Shown: one piece after another, positions 1-11,668 of the stretch
Position numbering within the stretch: position 1 is the first letter of the stretch
Layout of the letters: every line of letters begins with the position of its first letter
Assembly: GCA_964019335.1 (NCBI GenBank)
Contig: OZ025681.1
Span: 124,001 to 188,000, forward strand
Reading direction: 5' to 3'
Origin: Diplonema japonicum
Taxonomy: Eukaryota; Protista; Euglenozoa: Diplonemea
DNA length: 64,000 bases
The notes under the pieces: model-generated
The model's database searches: none
What the model was told of the DNA's origin: nothing
The model's input: the letters and a program-made list of their open reading frames with translations, nothing else
Made by a program: the position numbers and the translations under genes

Positions 1-49
1 AAACAGCATAGTGCACACATGCCAGCACAACGGCCGTTCGCAGGTGCAT
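1..49 (-). CDS. First (signal-peptide) exon of a third polycystin-1-like paralog, continuing beyond the left window edge
   Basis: Bases 1-75 are nearly identical to about 9519-9595. They read ATG CAC CTG CGA.. (MHLRTAVVLACVHYAV) after the same TCCACAG acceptor-like site. Confidence 0.75.
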   Translation of the reverse strand, partial: MHLRTAVVLACVHYAV

Positions 50-471
50 GGCCTCACCCCCCTCTGTGGATGAATGGAGAATTGGAGAACTAGTACGATT
101 AAATGTAAACAAAGGAACGAGAGGATTCTCACAAAAAAGCGTTGTTTTCTGCGGCGCAACACAGCCTTAAGCCGGGCACAAGACCGGGAAGGCTGTGTTC
201 TTGCTAATGTTAATAAAAGCAGACTTTTTAAACCAAAAGGTATTACAATAAGGCCAGCCACAGTCAACGTCAGCTTAAATGTTATTGATCCTAATATCTT
301 CTGGACATGGTAGGTAGCTTGATCCAGAGCTAGGTGTCGTCACCTGGACCAGTTAAAATGAGTTACTACCTTGCCCGAAGGAGCGAAAAAACTCTTCTGC
401 TTTATAGTGGCAGAGTGGAGCAGGTGACCGGCTTCTGTGCCCAGTATTGAAAACCCTTCGTCAAAAAAAAA

Positions 472-1443
472 CTCAAAGTACAGGACAAGCCCCCCGCTAG
501 AGGGCCGCCCTATGGGAGGGGGGGGTCTATCTGTTAATACTCCCCTTCTGGAGCATTGCTTTCATTCCGATTGAGGCCGTGAGCGTCTTGCGGAGTCGTG
601 TGATGCGGTCCCGCTTGTAGTCGGCTTTCAATTCCATTAGCTTGTCGTGCGTGGAGCGGGTGGCGAAAATAGGCCTCCTGGAGAAACCAATAGCTGCCTT
701 TCCTCCAATGGCGATGAGGGACTTCACTCTTTTTCTCTCGTCCGCTGGGAAGGGGCGTCGCTTCTTCCGTGCCCTGCATGCTGTGTTTATCTTTACGATG
801 AGAGCTTTGATTCTGCGCGCCCTATCTTCCAGCAGGCCTCCCAAAGACTTTCCGGTCGTCCATTCGAAGTCAATGGCCAGTTCCACCGCCGACACCTCCG
901 AGGTGGTGTCCTTCTCCACCCAGCGCAGTTGTGACAACCATTGTAGCAGCGGGTTCAGGTACTGGGACAGGACCCCGCTCACTCCTTCGAGCTCGCCAGC
1001 TATCGGAACGGGGCATTTCTTACCTACCACATTTCGAATCCACGGCAGCGGCTGTGTGTTGACATCCTCCTTCTGCATGAGCTCTACGTCTCGTTTCTCA
1101 ACCACCACGGCTAAGTATCGTTGCAGCTTCTCTAGGTACGCAAAGTCATGTCCTCTCGGCAGAATCGCGTGCAATTCCAGACACAGGGGCCATCCTGTCC
1201 TGTTGCGCAGTGGTTCCAAGCCGTCCTGTGCTAGCTCTTCCTGTGCGCAGGCGCACTCGTAGAGTTGGTGGCGGAGTAGGGTTACCGTGTCCGGGTACGG
1301 TGATTCACACAGGTCGCACCTGAACCCTTGTGTGCGTGATACTGTCGTTGTTGGGACTTGGCTTATGCTCTCTTCGACTTCTTCGGTGCCGTCACCTTCT
1401 GGAGCCAGGGGGACGCTTCTTTGATTCGTTCCTGCATGCGGGC
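472..1443 (-). mobile_element. 5'-truncated copy of LINE family 1 (ORF2 C-terminus plus 3' UTR)
   Basis: Near-identical to 47208-48181. Flanked by A9 at 463-471 and A9 at 1444-1452 (T9 on the element strand, a candidate TSD). Confidence 0.93.
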
Positions 1444-2294
1444 AAAAAAAAAGAGGGAGAAACATTATAAAAAAAAAAAAAGCGATGACACCTTTGTATG
1501 TTTGTACTTTTTGAAACAAAAACAAAAAAAGATGTCGTTGAAGGGAACCTGCAGTATGTGACAGGATTGCCTAAAAAAAGAAATATTCAAAGCCTGGTTA
1601 TTCTCGGTAAGCTTGTGATTCCCTAGTACCATAGTAACCATTCTTTTTCAATACAGCTAAGCTAGTCATTAATGTTTGCGGGTTCTCTGTGTGCACCCTG
1701 TTCTTTTGCGTCAGCACAGCTAAATATTTAAAATACCCCCCATATGACATGGCGGCGGGACTTCTTCTCCGCCAACATTAGTGACATAGCCGCACATTTC
1801 TCTTTCTAGTTCGAGCAAATTGTCGTATGCCGGCAGAAAAAAAAAGGAGGGGAGAGAAAGCATTGTATTGTTCCCCTGCTTGGACAAGTCACAAGACTCG
1901 TTCTTGCAAAAGATAAACGTGACTATCGTAAGCTCAACAAAGAAAACTGAATCTATTATTTCGTAACTTGAGTAGCAGAGGTGCCCATTTACAACTGTAA
2001 CTCAACATGCTTGAAGCTAGCACATCTGCACTAGTATTTACCTGGAAAGGCAAATCTCGTACAACTACTCTCAAAGACACCTTGAGAAAGCCAGCAAGTT
2101 AAACAGGTAAGTGTATCTCTTCACAGATCAAATGGCTTGTTCGCAATCAGAGAGAGTGCCTCCCGACGGTGAAGGACGTGGCCTACAGTACCCCGAGGTC
2201 GGAAGGTGCCGTGGTCATAGAGGTCATCTTGTCTCAATCAAAGTGCAGCTCACGACCACACGACTATAATATGCGAGGGCCTTGAAGCCCAAGC

Positions 2295-5200
2295 TCACCC
2301 ACCCAAAACAGCCCTGAGCATCTTCGTGATGCCTGTCTCCTTCATGATTGTAGAGAAGGCCTTCCCAATCCCCGACTTGAGGAAGGTCTTCGCGATGGGG
2401 TCAGCATAGGTGAGGACAAGGAGCTTCATCGGCTCGTTCAAGACGATGTCCTGCATGAAGGCGATGGCGCAGCCTGTGAAGAAGCTCTGTTGGGTCTCCT
2501 GCTCCCAGCGCAAGGCCTCCGTGAGGAAAATGGTCACGGAAGAGAGCTGTATGAAGAAGGCGAGGGCATAGGCGAGGTAGGTCACGTGGTGCGGTAGGTG
2601 CTGTGGAAGGAGGCCCCCTTTCTTCAGCTGGTAGGACCGCAAGACAACGAGCCACCCCACCAGAAGGAACACGAGAGGGGCCAACCACTGCTCCGTCCCG
2701 CCCACCTCCACCTTGCTCCCCTCCCTTCGAATGGACGGTTGTTTCTCCAAGCAGACGAACAAGCACCCAGACCACTGCAGCACGAACACAGCGGACCCGA
2801 GGTGCCCCATGCTGTACCTCTGGTACATCACCCACCAGCACCCCAAGGCCGCCACAATCTGCACACAGCTCGCCCCTGCCCCTGCCCACCACTCCACCTC
2901 GTAGTACAGACACAACACGATGAACAGGTGCACCGACCAGAAGACCGACAGCACCATGGGGAGAAGCCGCGGGCGCCACGAGCTTACCCCGAGTGCCACG
3001 AAGATCATCACCCACAGGAACAACAAGGCCACACCGATCCCAACCTCTCCAGAGTCTATCATCAACACGCACCCGTACATCCCCAGTGACATCAGCAGCA
3101 GCGCCACAGCCTTCGCGAGCTGGAAGAAGTACGTTGCTATGCTCAGGAACAAGAGTACTACCAAAACAAGCGGCCACCACTTGTAGCCGATCAAGAACAC
3201 AATTCCAACATGCACCAGAGTTAGGAAGATAATGAATCTCATCGACTGCTTAGCTTCACTGTTTGCCCGCTGGCAAAGTGTCAGCTCTTGTTCCTCTTCT
3301 TTCTCACTTATCGAACCTTCTGTGCCTGTTTCATTGTTGTCAGACACCACAGGCAGTGCGACTTGCTTACCGCCTTGATGCATTGTCGGGGACATCGGGA
3401 TTGTCTCGTTCTCTGTCAGGAACACGGGCTTCGGCGACCCCAAAGTGGGGCTGAACACAACAGGGAGGCTGCACCGTCCAGAGCTGAAGATGGGGCTCAT
3501 CCGCCTTGAGAAATTGGGATCTTCCTTGTCCATCTCTGTCTCCTCTGCCAACTTCTTCGCCTCCCACCACTCCTTGTGTGAAATGGACTGGTACTCAGGT
3601 GTGCTGTACTGTGTGTATTCGCAAATGAGGCGTATCTCAGGGTTCCGCCCCTGCTTCTTGCTCACCTCGTCAGGGATCTGATACCAGCAGTCAAGGGACG
3701 CCGTTGCAGACGAGTCGTCTCGAACAATGCAGTCGATGATGTCCTGCATCGAGATGCTGAGCGACGCCACAAGGTTCTCCGTGCTTGTGTCCTGCAGACC
3801 GTCGTCATCGTACACGTTCACCACCACCACAGACTCCTTCTCCTCCCGCACGGGGTAGCTCACCACACAGCTCCCATCGAACACAGGGTTGTGGTCGTCC
3901 CACACTGTCGCTGACTTCCAAACACGGCCCTCACTCTCCACAAGAACGAAGCAGTCAGGGATGTCGTCCATCGCTTCTCCTCGGATGGGCAGGTCCCTTG
4001 CTTGAACCACCCTCACATTCAGCTCCCCCAGAATGGGGTACTCGGGGTACGGGTCGAGTGCAGCCCACGACCACAGCTGTTTAGTAGTGTGTTGTGCTTT
4101 TGAGGAAACATACCACCGGAACTTTTTTCACCGCCCTCTTGAAAAGCAGCCCCAGCAGCACTGTTGTCGGGGTCATCATGCAAGCGGAGATGACCGCCAC
4201 CATGATTGTCTTGGCGATAGTTCTGAATTAGATTTGTGATTGTTGACTTTTTGTATCTCCACAAACATACCCATTCTCGTTCCTGCCGTGGAAGACAGCA
4301 CAGATGAAGAAGACTGTGTTCATCGCTGCGAAGAGGACAGCAAGCCTCTGCGGGCGGGAGAACGACTGTCCCGGCTGCCGGAACAACACGCAGAACCACA
4401 AGTGTGCCCGGAGGGCTATTGCAGCTTTCGAGGCAAATAAGTGAAGATTATCACAGCAGTTCATGCCGATTGCTTCTTCCTCTGTGGCGGTAACGCTCAC
4501 CTTTCGCATGCTAGAAAGGTTAGTCCCTGCAACTGACTTCCTTTTCCCAGGAAGACCACCAGGTATATCCATGCCATCATGCTGTTCCTCGAAGTCTATG
4601 TGGTCAAGGTCGGCTTGGTTCGAATTGCTTTTCGTTTCTGTGAACAAGTCAGAAGAAGCCGACACACACGGTGAAGGAACGGACTCGAAGCCAAGGAGTT
4701 GGGGGTCCAGCGTCAGCACAGGTGCAGAGTGCTCTTCATAATTGGGGCAAGTAGTTTGTTCCTTGGGTATTAAGGCAGGTGGAATCCCAGTTATAGCCTT
4801 TGGTGAATACTCGTGCCGCTGTTTCTTTGCTTTTAAAGCAGGCGGCATGTGTATCCCTCCAAGTGCGGATAAGTCCTCTGACACAATGGACACTACTCTC
4901 GGTGCCCTTTCATTCGGCACTTCTTGTGTTTTATATTTCTCGTGAGGTGACGGTTTTCTATTGGCCTTGGGTGAATTCTCTTCTTGTGCAACAGATAGCC
5001 TCTGTGCTTTTTCTTTTGCTCTGATGGCAGGCGGCATGTGTATCATCCCATTGTGCGCATTTGCAGTGTCTGAGTCCTCAGACACAATGGACATTATTCT
5101 TGGCACTTCTTCTCTCGAACCGCTTTGTGCAAAAGGAAGGTCATGAGACATCATTCTTTTGTTTGCTTTCGGGGTGAAATACTCCTCCGCCACAATAGAC

Positions 5201-8200
5201 TGCTGCAGCATGGCTTCCTGCTTGCTGAACTCGAACCGCGCTACTTCCCTAACCATCTTGTTCAGCTCCATCGCTTGTTGTATTGCAGCTGCCTTTGCTT
5301 CTTCGAAGGTTTCACACGGTTTGTCCTTTTGATGCTGAAAGATGTGTGCTGCCCTCAAGTAGTTCCCTTCCTTGCACTCGCGAACACCATCCTCCCACCT
5401 GAAGACGTGGCCTTCCGCCGCCATCTCCTCAATATCCACAGCTTTTATCGAAGTCAAACGCTCGTGAAAGGTACTTCCAAAATCAGGTAATGTCCACTTT
5501 TTTCCAGACATGGCGAGTGCATTGTTCACCTTTTCCTCCTGCTTCAATCGAGCCCTCTCCGATGGTGCAGCTTTGTTGTTCACAAGCCCAGCATCCTGCC
5601 GCCTGTCGTAGAAGTAGGTCACAACGAAGAGGATGTAGTAGAGCAAGTAGAGTGTCCCCACGACAGTGAGGGTGGGGATGTTCACCGCTGAGAGCTGTGT
5701 CCAGCTGTTGAAGTTCGAGCTGCTGAAGAGCCGTTTCAGGTTTGTTGCGGGCATCACCTCAGAGGCAATGAAGGCCCCCACAGTCCCAAGCTTTGACTCC
5801 CCGGTCAGCTCTACAGTCCCGTTGTTGTTGTTGTTGTTGTTGTTTCCTGCCGCCAGCACCACAGCCGCCCGGTAGGTCACGCTCCCACCACACGAAGGGT
5901 TCTGCTGCTGTTGTGCAGTTGCCGTCAACAAGCCCTCCGAAAGAAACCCGTTCCACTGAAGGTCCTGACCCGGTTCCCAGGAGCCTGTGGTCTCGTTCCA
6001 CACGCGCAGGGCAATGTTGCAGGGGTAGGGGTCCACGAACTCCGCGTCCACCGTGAAGTTCACCTTCATTGTCACAGCCTCGTTTGCCGAGGCCCCTCCG
6101 AAGGAGGAAACCCGTACCTGCACCACGTCCCCTGTCGAGGTCTCGTTGTTCCCAGGGACTGGGTACAGGTCCCCTGCTGCCGCCTTCACGAGGACACGCC
6201 CTCCCCCTGACAGCCCAGGGAGTGCCACAGAGGTTGTTGAGTTCTCCAGTCGCACCGTTGCCGTTCCCGATGTCGCTTCACCGATCGTCGTCACCGCTAT
6301 CTTCAGAACTGTCCCAGAGAAGCTGATGTCCCCCGTCCCGTTATGAGCAAGGAGGGATGAGGCCAGGCTGTCCGTCAACGCCACCACAGACTCCTTCGCT
6401 TCCCCTGTCGCGGACAGCGTCCCGAGCCCATCCACCGCCTGCAGCACCCGCCCAACATCGCCAGCTGTCCCGTTCTCAATGGCTGTCTGCCCTAGCTGCT
6501 CCACCACCTGTGCTGCCCCCACCACCTCTGCGCTCACTTCCTCCGCCGTCCCCGAGCCAGTCCCGGACCCAATCTGAGACACGATCGACTCTGCCACGGT
6601 GGACGCCTCCCCAGGTGACGTGATCACCTGAACAGTGCCCCGAAAGGTCTGAGAAGTGATCCAGTTGTTGCTGTTGCTGCTGCCGCTGCCAACACCCCCG
6701 CCTGTCCCCTGCACACCAACCTGGATCACGAGGTCTCCCTCCGGCAGGGCGTTCAGAGAGAAGGAGGCGACCCTCGTGTGTCTCACAACGACCCCGTCCA
6801 CCGCCACCACGTACTGCGCCTCCGAAGACGACCCAAGGAACCACTCGTCGTAGTCAAAGCTCACCTTCGTCCCAACAGTGAGGTTCACGAGGGGGGGCGT
6901 GAAAGTGATCACCGGGAGCTGCTTCGGAACGAACACACGAAAGGAGTCGCTACCCCCGCCTGTTCCCACGCTGTCTATCCCGCACAACAGAGAGCCTCCA
7001 GTGTTCCCCATCGTGGCCCCAAGGTCCACCTCTAAATACATCGTCGTCTTGCTCACAGCAAGGCCGACAGCTGAAAAAGAAGAAGAAGCAGAACTAGAAC
7101 CGTAATAACCGTTGCACTGAACCACTATCTCGTTCTTCGACACACCAACACAGGAAAGCGCCGCCGTGTGCAAGGCCTCCATCCTGCGAACGAGGTCCAA
7201 GGCCGCAGGAACAGACCAGCTTGCGAGGAGCGAGGGGTCCACCACCACCTCCGCCCGACCCAACGAAGTGTCCAAAAAGACCACAGACAGGGCTCCCGAG
7301 TCAGAGGAAGAAGAGAGCCCCAGCTCCGAAGCGAGAAACCCTTGGACCTCGCCGGCTGAGGAGAGCTGCTGGCCCACTATGCTGAAGTGCGCAACGAGGG
7401 GTGTGAACACGCCGTCCGCTGACAAGAGAACCCGCTGACGCTCCCCCACAGGGCTTGCCACGAACACCTCCCTCCCGAATACACGAACCTGCGGCTGTTG
7501 CTGTGAAGGGGAATAACCCTTCACCTCTGACATCGTGGAGGAAGGGGCAGAGAATGGCGCAGGGGTTGCTGGAGACACAGTGTTGGGGAAACTCGTTGCG
7601 GGGGAAAGGGTGGAAGGAGCGCCTGTTGTGGCTGTTGTGGATGGAACAGTTGTCGGTACCGCTGTGTGCAGAGAAGGTGACTGGGAAGGAAGCTGTGTGG
7701 GTGCAAGTGTTGGAGGAACCAAGGTCGAAGGGGAAGTAGACGTGCCAGAAGGGACAGGGGTCGGTGCGGGGCTCTGCGGTGCAACTGATGGTGCAGAGGT
7801 GGGTGTCTTCGTGGGAGCCACTGTGGGCGGAAAAGGTGTTGGTGGTGGCGAGACAGTGGACCCTGGAACAGATGTTGGTGCAAGGGTAGAAGGAGCTGGT
7901 GTTGGAGGGGCTGACGTAGCTGGGAAAGAAGTTGAAGGAGCAAAGGTCTCTGGGACGAGTGTTGGGGTAAGGGTCGTGGGCGGTGAAGGAGTCGGAGCGG
8001 TTGTCGAAGGTGCAGTGGTTGAGGGAGCAGGGGTAGAAGGTGCAGGAGTTGATGGAGCAGGAGTCAAGGGTGCAGGGGTCGGAACAAGAGTTGGAGCAGG
8101 GGTCGAGGGTGAAGGTGTTGAGGGGGCAGTGGTGGAGGGTGCTGAGGTTGAAGGAGAAGGAGTCGAAGGTGAAGGTGTTGAAGGTGCAGGGGTCGAGGGT

Positions 8201-9567
8201 GAAGGTGTTAAGGGTGCTGAGGTTGATGGAGCAGGAGTTGGAGCAGGGGTCGAGGGTGAATGTGTTGAAGGAGCAAGTGTTGGAACTGGAGTTGGTATAG
8301 GGGTTGTATAGGGTGAAAGTGTTGAGGGTGCTGAGGTTGAAGGAGCAGGTGTTGGAACTGGAGTTGGTATAGGGGTTGGAACAGGTGTTGGAGCAGAGGT
8401 CGAGGGTGCAGAGGTTGATGGAGCAGGGGTCGAAGGTGAAGATGTTGAGGGGGCAGGAGTGGAGGGCGCTGATGTTGAAGGAGCAGGAGTTGGAACTGGA
8501 GTTGGTATAGGAGTTGGAGCAGAGGTCGAGGGTGCAGAGGTTGATGGAGCAGGGGTCGAGGGTGAAGGTGTTGAGGGAGCAGGAGTGGAGGGCGCTGATG
8601 TTGAAGGAGAAGGAGTTGGAACTGGAGTTGGTATAGGGGTTGGAATAGGAGTTGGAACAGGTGTTGGAGCAGGGGTCGAGGGTGCAGAGGTTGATGGAGC
8701 AGGGGTCGAGGGTGAAGGTGTTGAGGGAGCAGGAGTGGAGGGTGCTGATGTTGAAGGAGCAGGAGTTGGAACAGGTGTTGGAACAGGTGTTGGAGCAGGG
8801 GTCGAGGGTGAAGGTGTTGAGGGTGCAGGAGTTGGAACTGGAGTTGGTATAGGAGTTGGAACAGGTGTCGGAATAGGGGTTGGAACAGGTGTTGGAGCAG
8901 AGGTCGAGGGTGCAGAGGTTGATGGAGCAGGGGTCGAAGGTGAAGGTGTTGAGGGGGCAGGAGTGGAGGGCGCTGATGTTGAAGGAGCAGGTGTTGGAAC
9001 TGGAGTTGGTATAGGAGTTGGAGCAGGTGTTGGAGCAGAGGTGGAGGGTGCAGAGGTTGATGGAGCAGGGGTCGAGGGTGAAGGTGTTGAGGGAGCAGGA
9101 GTGGAGGGCGCTGATGTTGAAGGAGAAGGAGTTGGAACTGGAGTTGGTATAGGGGTTGGTATAGGAGTTGGAACAGGTGTTGGAGCAGGGGTCGAGGGTG
9201 AAGGTGTTGAGGGAGCAGGAGTGGAGGGTGCTGATGTTGAAGGAGCAGGTGTTGGAACTGGAGTTGGTACAGGGGTTGGAACAGGTGTTGGAGCAGGGGT
9301 CGAGGGTGAAGGTGTTGAGGGGGCAGGTGTCGAGGGTGCAGAAGTTGAAGGAGCAGGAGTCGATGGTGCACGGGTTGAAGGAGCAGGAGTCGATGGTGCT
9401 GAGGTTGAAGTGTATGTACGGGTCGCGGGAGCCGGTGTTGGAATTGGAGTGGACAATGCTGAAAGGTCCCTGTGCAATTAATATGGTTGGCTAAAAACAT
9501 ACGAAGATGAGGCGAGAGAAACAGCATAGTGCACACATGCCAGCACAACGGCCGTTCGCATGTGCAT
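2295..9567 (-). CDS. Polycystin-1 (PKD1)-like multi-pass receptor, copy A: signal peptide, Pro/Thr/Ser mucin stalk, extracellular region, TMs, C2 domain, TMs; about 2384 aa in 4 exons (9503-9567, 4271-9469, 4114-4222, 2295-4076)
   Basis: Removing three GTATG..CAG introns joins ORFs 4228..9477 and 2295..4016 in frame (7155 nt, divisible by 3). PKD1-like motifs [21 protein letters not shown] and terminal [13 protein letters not shown]2 motif [29 protein letters not shown]. Confidence 0.8.
4077..4113 (-). other. 37-nt GT-AG intron (identical copy at 13442-13478)
   Basis: GTATGTTTCC...CTACTAAACAG. Removal gives ..[33 protein letters not shown]. Confidence 0.85.
4223..4270 (-). other. 48-nt GT-AG intron (identical copy at 13588-13635)
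   Basis: GTATGTTTGT...TCTAATTCAG contains the TAA that ends the ORF-track ORF. Removal gives [18 protein letters not shown]. Confidence 0.85.
7560..9450 (-). repeat. Coding minisatellite for the mucin stalk (PST(P/S)(A/S) and PTP(V/I/A) units)
   Basis: Mixed 12- and 15-nt degenerate tandem units. Confidence 0.9.
9470..9502 (-). other. 33-nt GT-AG intron after the signal-peptide exon
   Basis: GTATGTTTTTAGCCAACCATATTAATTGCACAG. Removal fuses MHMRTAVVLACVHYAVSLASS in frame to the long ORF. Confidence 0.75.
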
Positions 9568-10166
9568 GCCCTCACCCCTCTGTGGATGAATGAATGGAAA
9601 AATAGTTTAAAGGAAGGAACGAGAGCAGTACAGCAGGACGCGAAGCGGCAAGGGTGGGTAGAAGTCGAGATACCGTATCAGCGTTCTTTGAGACGCAAAG
9701 GCTGCAGGTCAAATTCGCTATGCATTGCATGAAGTAATAATAAAAAGGAACGAGGGAGGAAGAAGTTGCCATTTAAAAAGACAGCGTACCCAACACTGTG
9801 TACTACCGTGGCTAAGGTAGAGAGAGGGGAATAGAACGAAACAGTATTGCAAGCACATCCACACCACCCACTTGCTAGGCGAGAGGTTTGTGCTACGTGT
9901 CTGTTAAAAGTAGATAGTTGTGATGCACTTGCGGCCCTTCCTCCCCCGAGCGCCAGATTTCCTTTTTAACCCATAGCGGGGGAAGGAAATGTATGGTGCA
10001 TGCTTACAAGGAGGGCTTTTGTGAGACGCCCCCTGTTCTCATCCACTACCTGCATCGAAAAATAAAAAAGAGGAAAGCGATGGGTTGAAAGAAGAAGGGA
10101 GGAGAGGAAAATTAAAAGAGAGCAAAAATTGAAAAAAGAGATAAAAAAGAAATATATATATATATT

Positions 10167-10447
10167 CTGTAAAACAATTAATCCCGGAAGAAAAATTACA
10201 GGAAGCTCCGTGGGACCGGAGTACTACTCCTTCCATGGCCTTTTTTCCGCAAATCAGTGGTTATTTATTTTCGTGTCAAACGGAAAAGTCGTCGAGGTGG
10301 GGACCCAACGAAGCCGTGCTGCTCATAGTCGATGACTACAACGTCCACACAACCGGGGGTCAGCACAAAAAACGTCCAGAAGAAAAAAATTAGCGGAAGC
10401 TCCTGCGGACCGGAAGTTTTTACTTCTGGTAATTTATTGTTTTACAG
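10167..10447. mobile_element. MITE-like element, possibly Tc1/mariner type, in TA-rich context
   Basis: Imperfect TIRs CTGTAAAACAATTAATCCCGGAAG / CTTCTGGTAATTTATTGTTTTACAG. Internal direct repeat GGAAGCTCC..GGACCGGA. Confidence 0.6.
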
Positions 10448-10460
10448 TATACATATAAAT

Positions 10461-10845
10461 TATATATGAGTTAAAGGAAGTGAGACGCCCCCTTGTACTC
10501 ATCTCCTCTATATCTGCCTTTTCCCCCTCTTTCTCTTGCCCATTGTCCTTTCAACGCCTCCAGGTCATGCTTGGTCTTCGGTGATGCGAATATCGCCCTC
10601 CTGTTCCATCCGATCGCCTTTGTCCTAAATTATATATGATATAATAGTGTTAAAAAAGGAAGTCTTTGTGTTCCTCAACTTCGGCGGCTTTACCCTTGTG
10701 AACGGTCCCGCAGGGGAAGGCCCTCCTTCCTTTCGCCTTCTTCTGGATATTCCCTAGCTCTGTGTGCCAGATCTCCTCTTCCTCTGGCCAGTCACACTCC
10801 CACAGTAACGTGATCCAGCATGTTGGGCAGTTGTTGCTTCTTGAA
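10461..10845 (-). mobile_element. Degraded 3'-end fragments of LINE family 2 (smaller pieces at about 10015-10056 and 20555-20575)
   Basis: TATATGAGTTAAAGGAAG..GAGACGCCCCCTTG and KKAKGRRAFP match the 3' end of 23595-25055. Confidence 0.7.
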
Positions 10846-11668
10846 CCACAAAAGAAAAAAAAAAACACATTAAAGAAGAAAAAAAAAAAAAAAAAGCGAA
10901 ACAGTGAAGGAGTGAGTGGGGGCACTCGAGCTTTCCTTCCCCGACAAACAAAATAAAGAAATAAAAGAAAAAGAAGCAAGTTTTTCATCATGACGGGAGT
11001 ATTAGAAACGCCCCATCAGAGAATTAAAAAAAGAAGAAAAAAAGGAGGAACTGGCTTGTTAGCTCGCGTCGTGGAAGCTTGTAACCCAAAATGACACTGT
11101 CAACGTTCCCTTAAAAGAAGTCAAATGACTTGTCTTTACAAAAAAAAAAAAAAATCAAGAAAGAAGATCTCTGGTCAACTAAAAATAAACAATAGAGCAG
11201 ATAACCAGGAAGTGGTATGACAGGGCCCTCAGTCTTCGCTAACTGGCGAATCTTTTGCAATTCTGGATCATACGACTTAAGAGCAAATCCGTATTGGAAC
11301 CAGGAACATGAAATTCCAGAGGCGTAGAGAGAGCCCTCGACTCGAAGTTTGCATTGGCCAGGTTTGAGTTCAAAAAATGGCCATTGCTACCACAACAGGC
11401 ATGTGGCTTATCTTAGATATTACTTCTAAAGAGGGTCCAAGACGGCCAAAGAATACGCAGTTTTTCCGAAACCGGGCCCTGTGTGTGAGCAGAAGAAAAG
11501 GAGAGAGCATTTATCTTTCCTTTCCTTTCTTTAGAAACCAACACTCCTGTCGGTCCACGAAACAAAAAAAAAAAGAAAACAAAAAAAAAAAAAAACGCTT
11601 GCACTTCTTGTAAGTAGCAATACACGTATCCTTTACCTGGAAAGGCAAGGCAAACAACTATAAACCTC

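Noticed and set aside
1444-1525. Hydrophobic N-terminus of ORF 527..1525 as a domesticated membrane protein
   Set aside because: The start is TTG and the segment is flanking T-rich DNA read in frame by chance with a truncated LINE.
4019-4399. Stop-codon readthrough or programmed frameshift in the PKD1-like genes, or a separate 126-aa gene
   Set aside because: Two short GT-AG introns restore the frame exactly in both copies.
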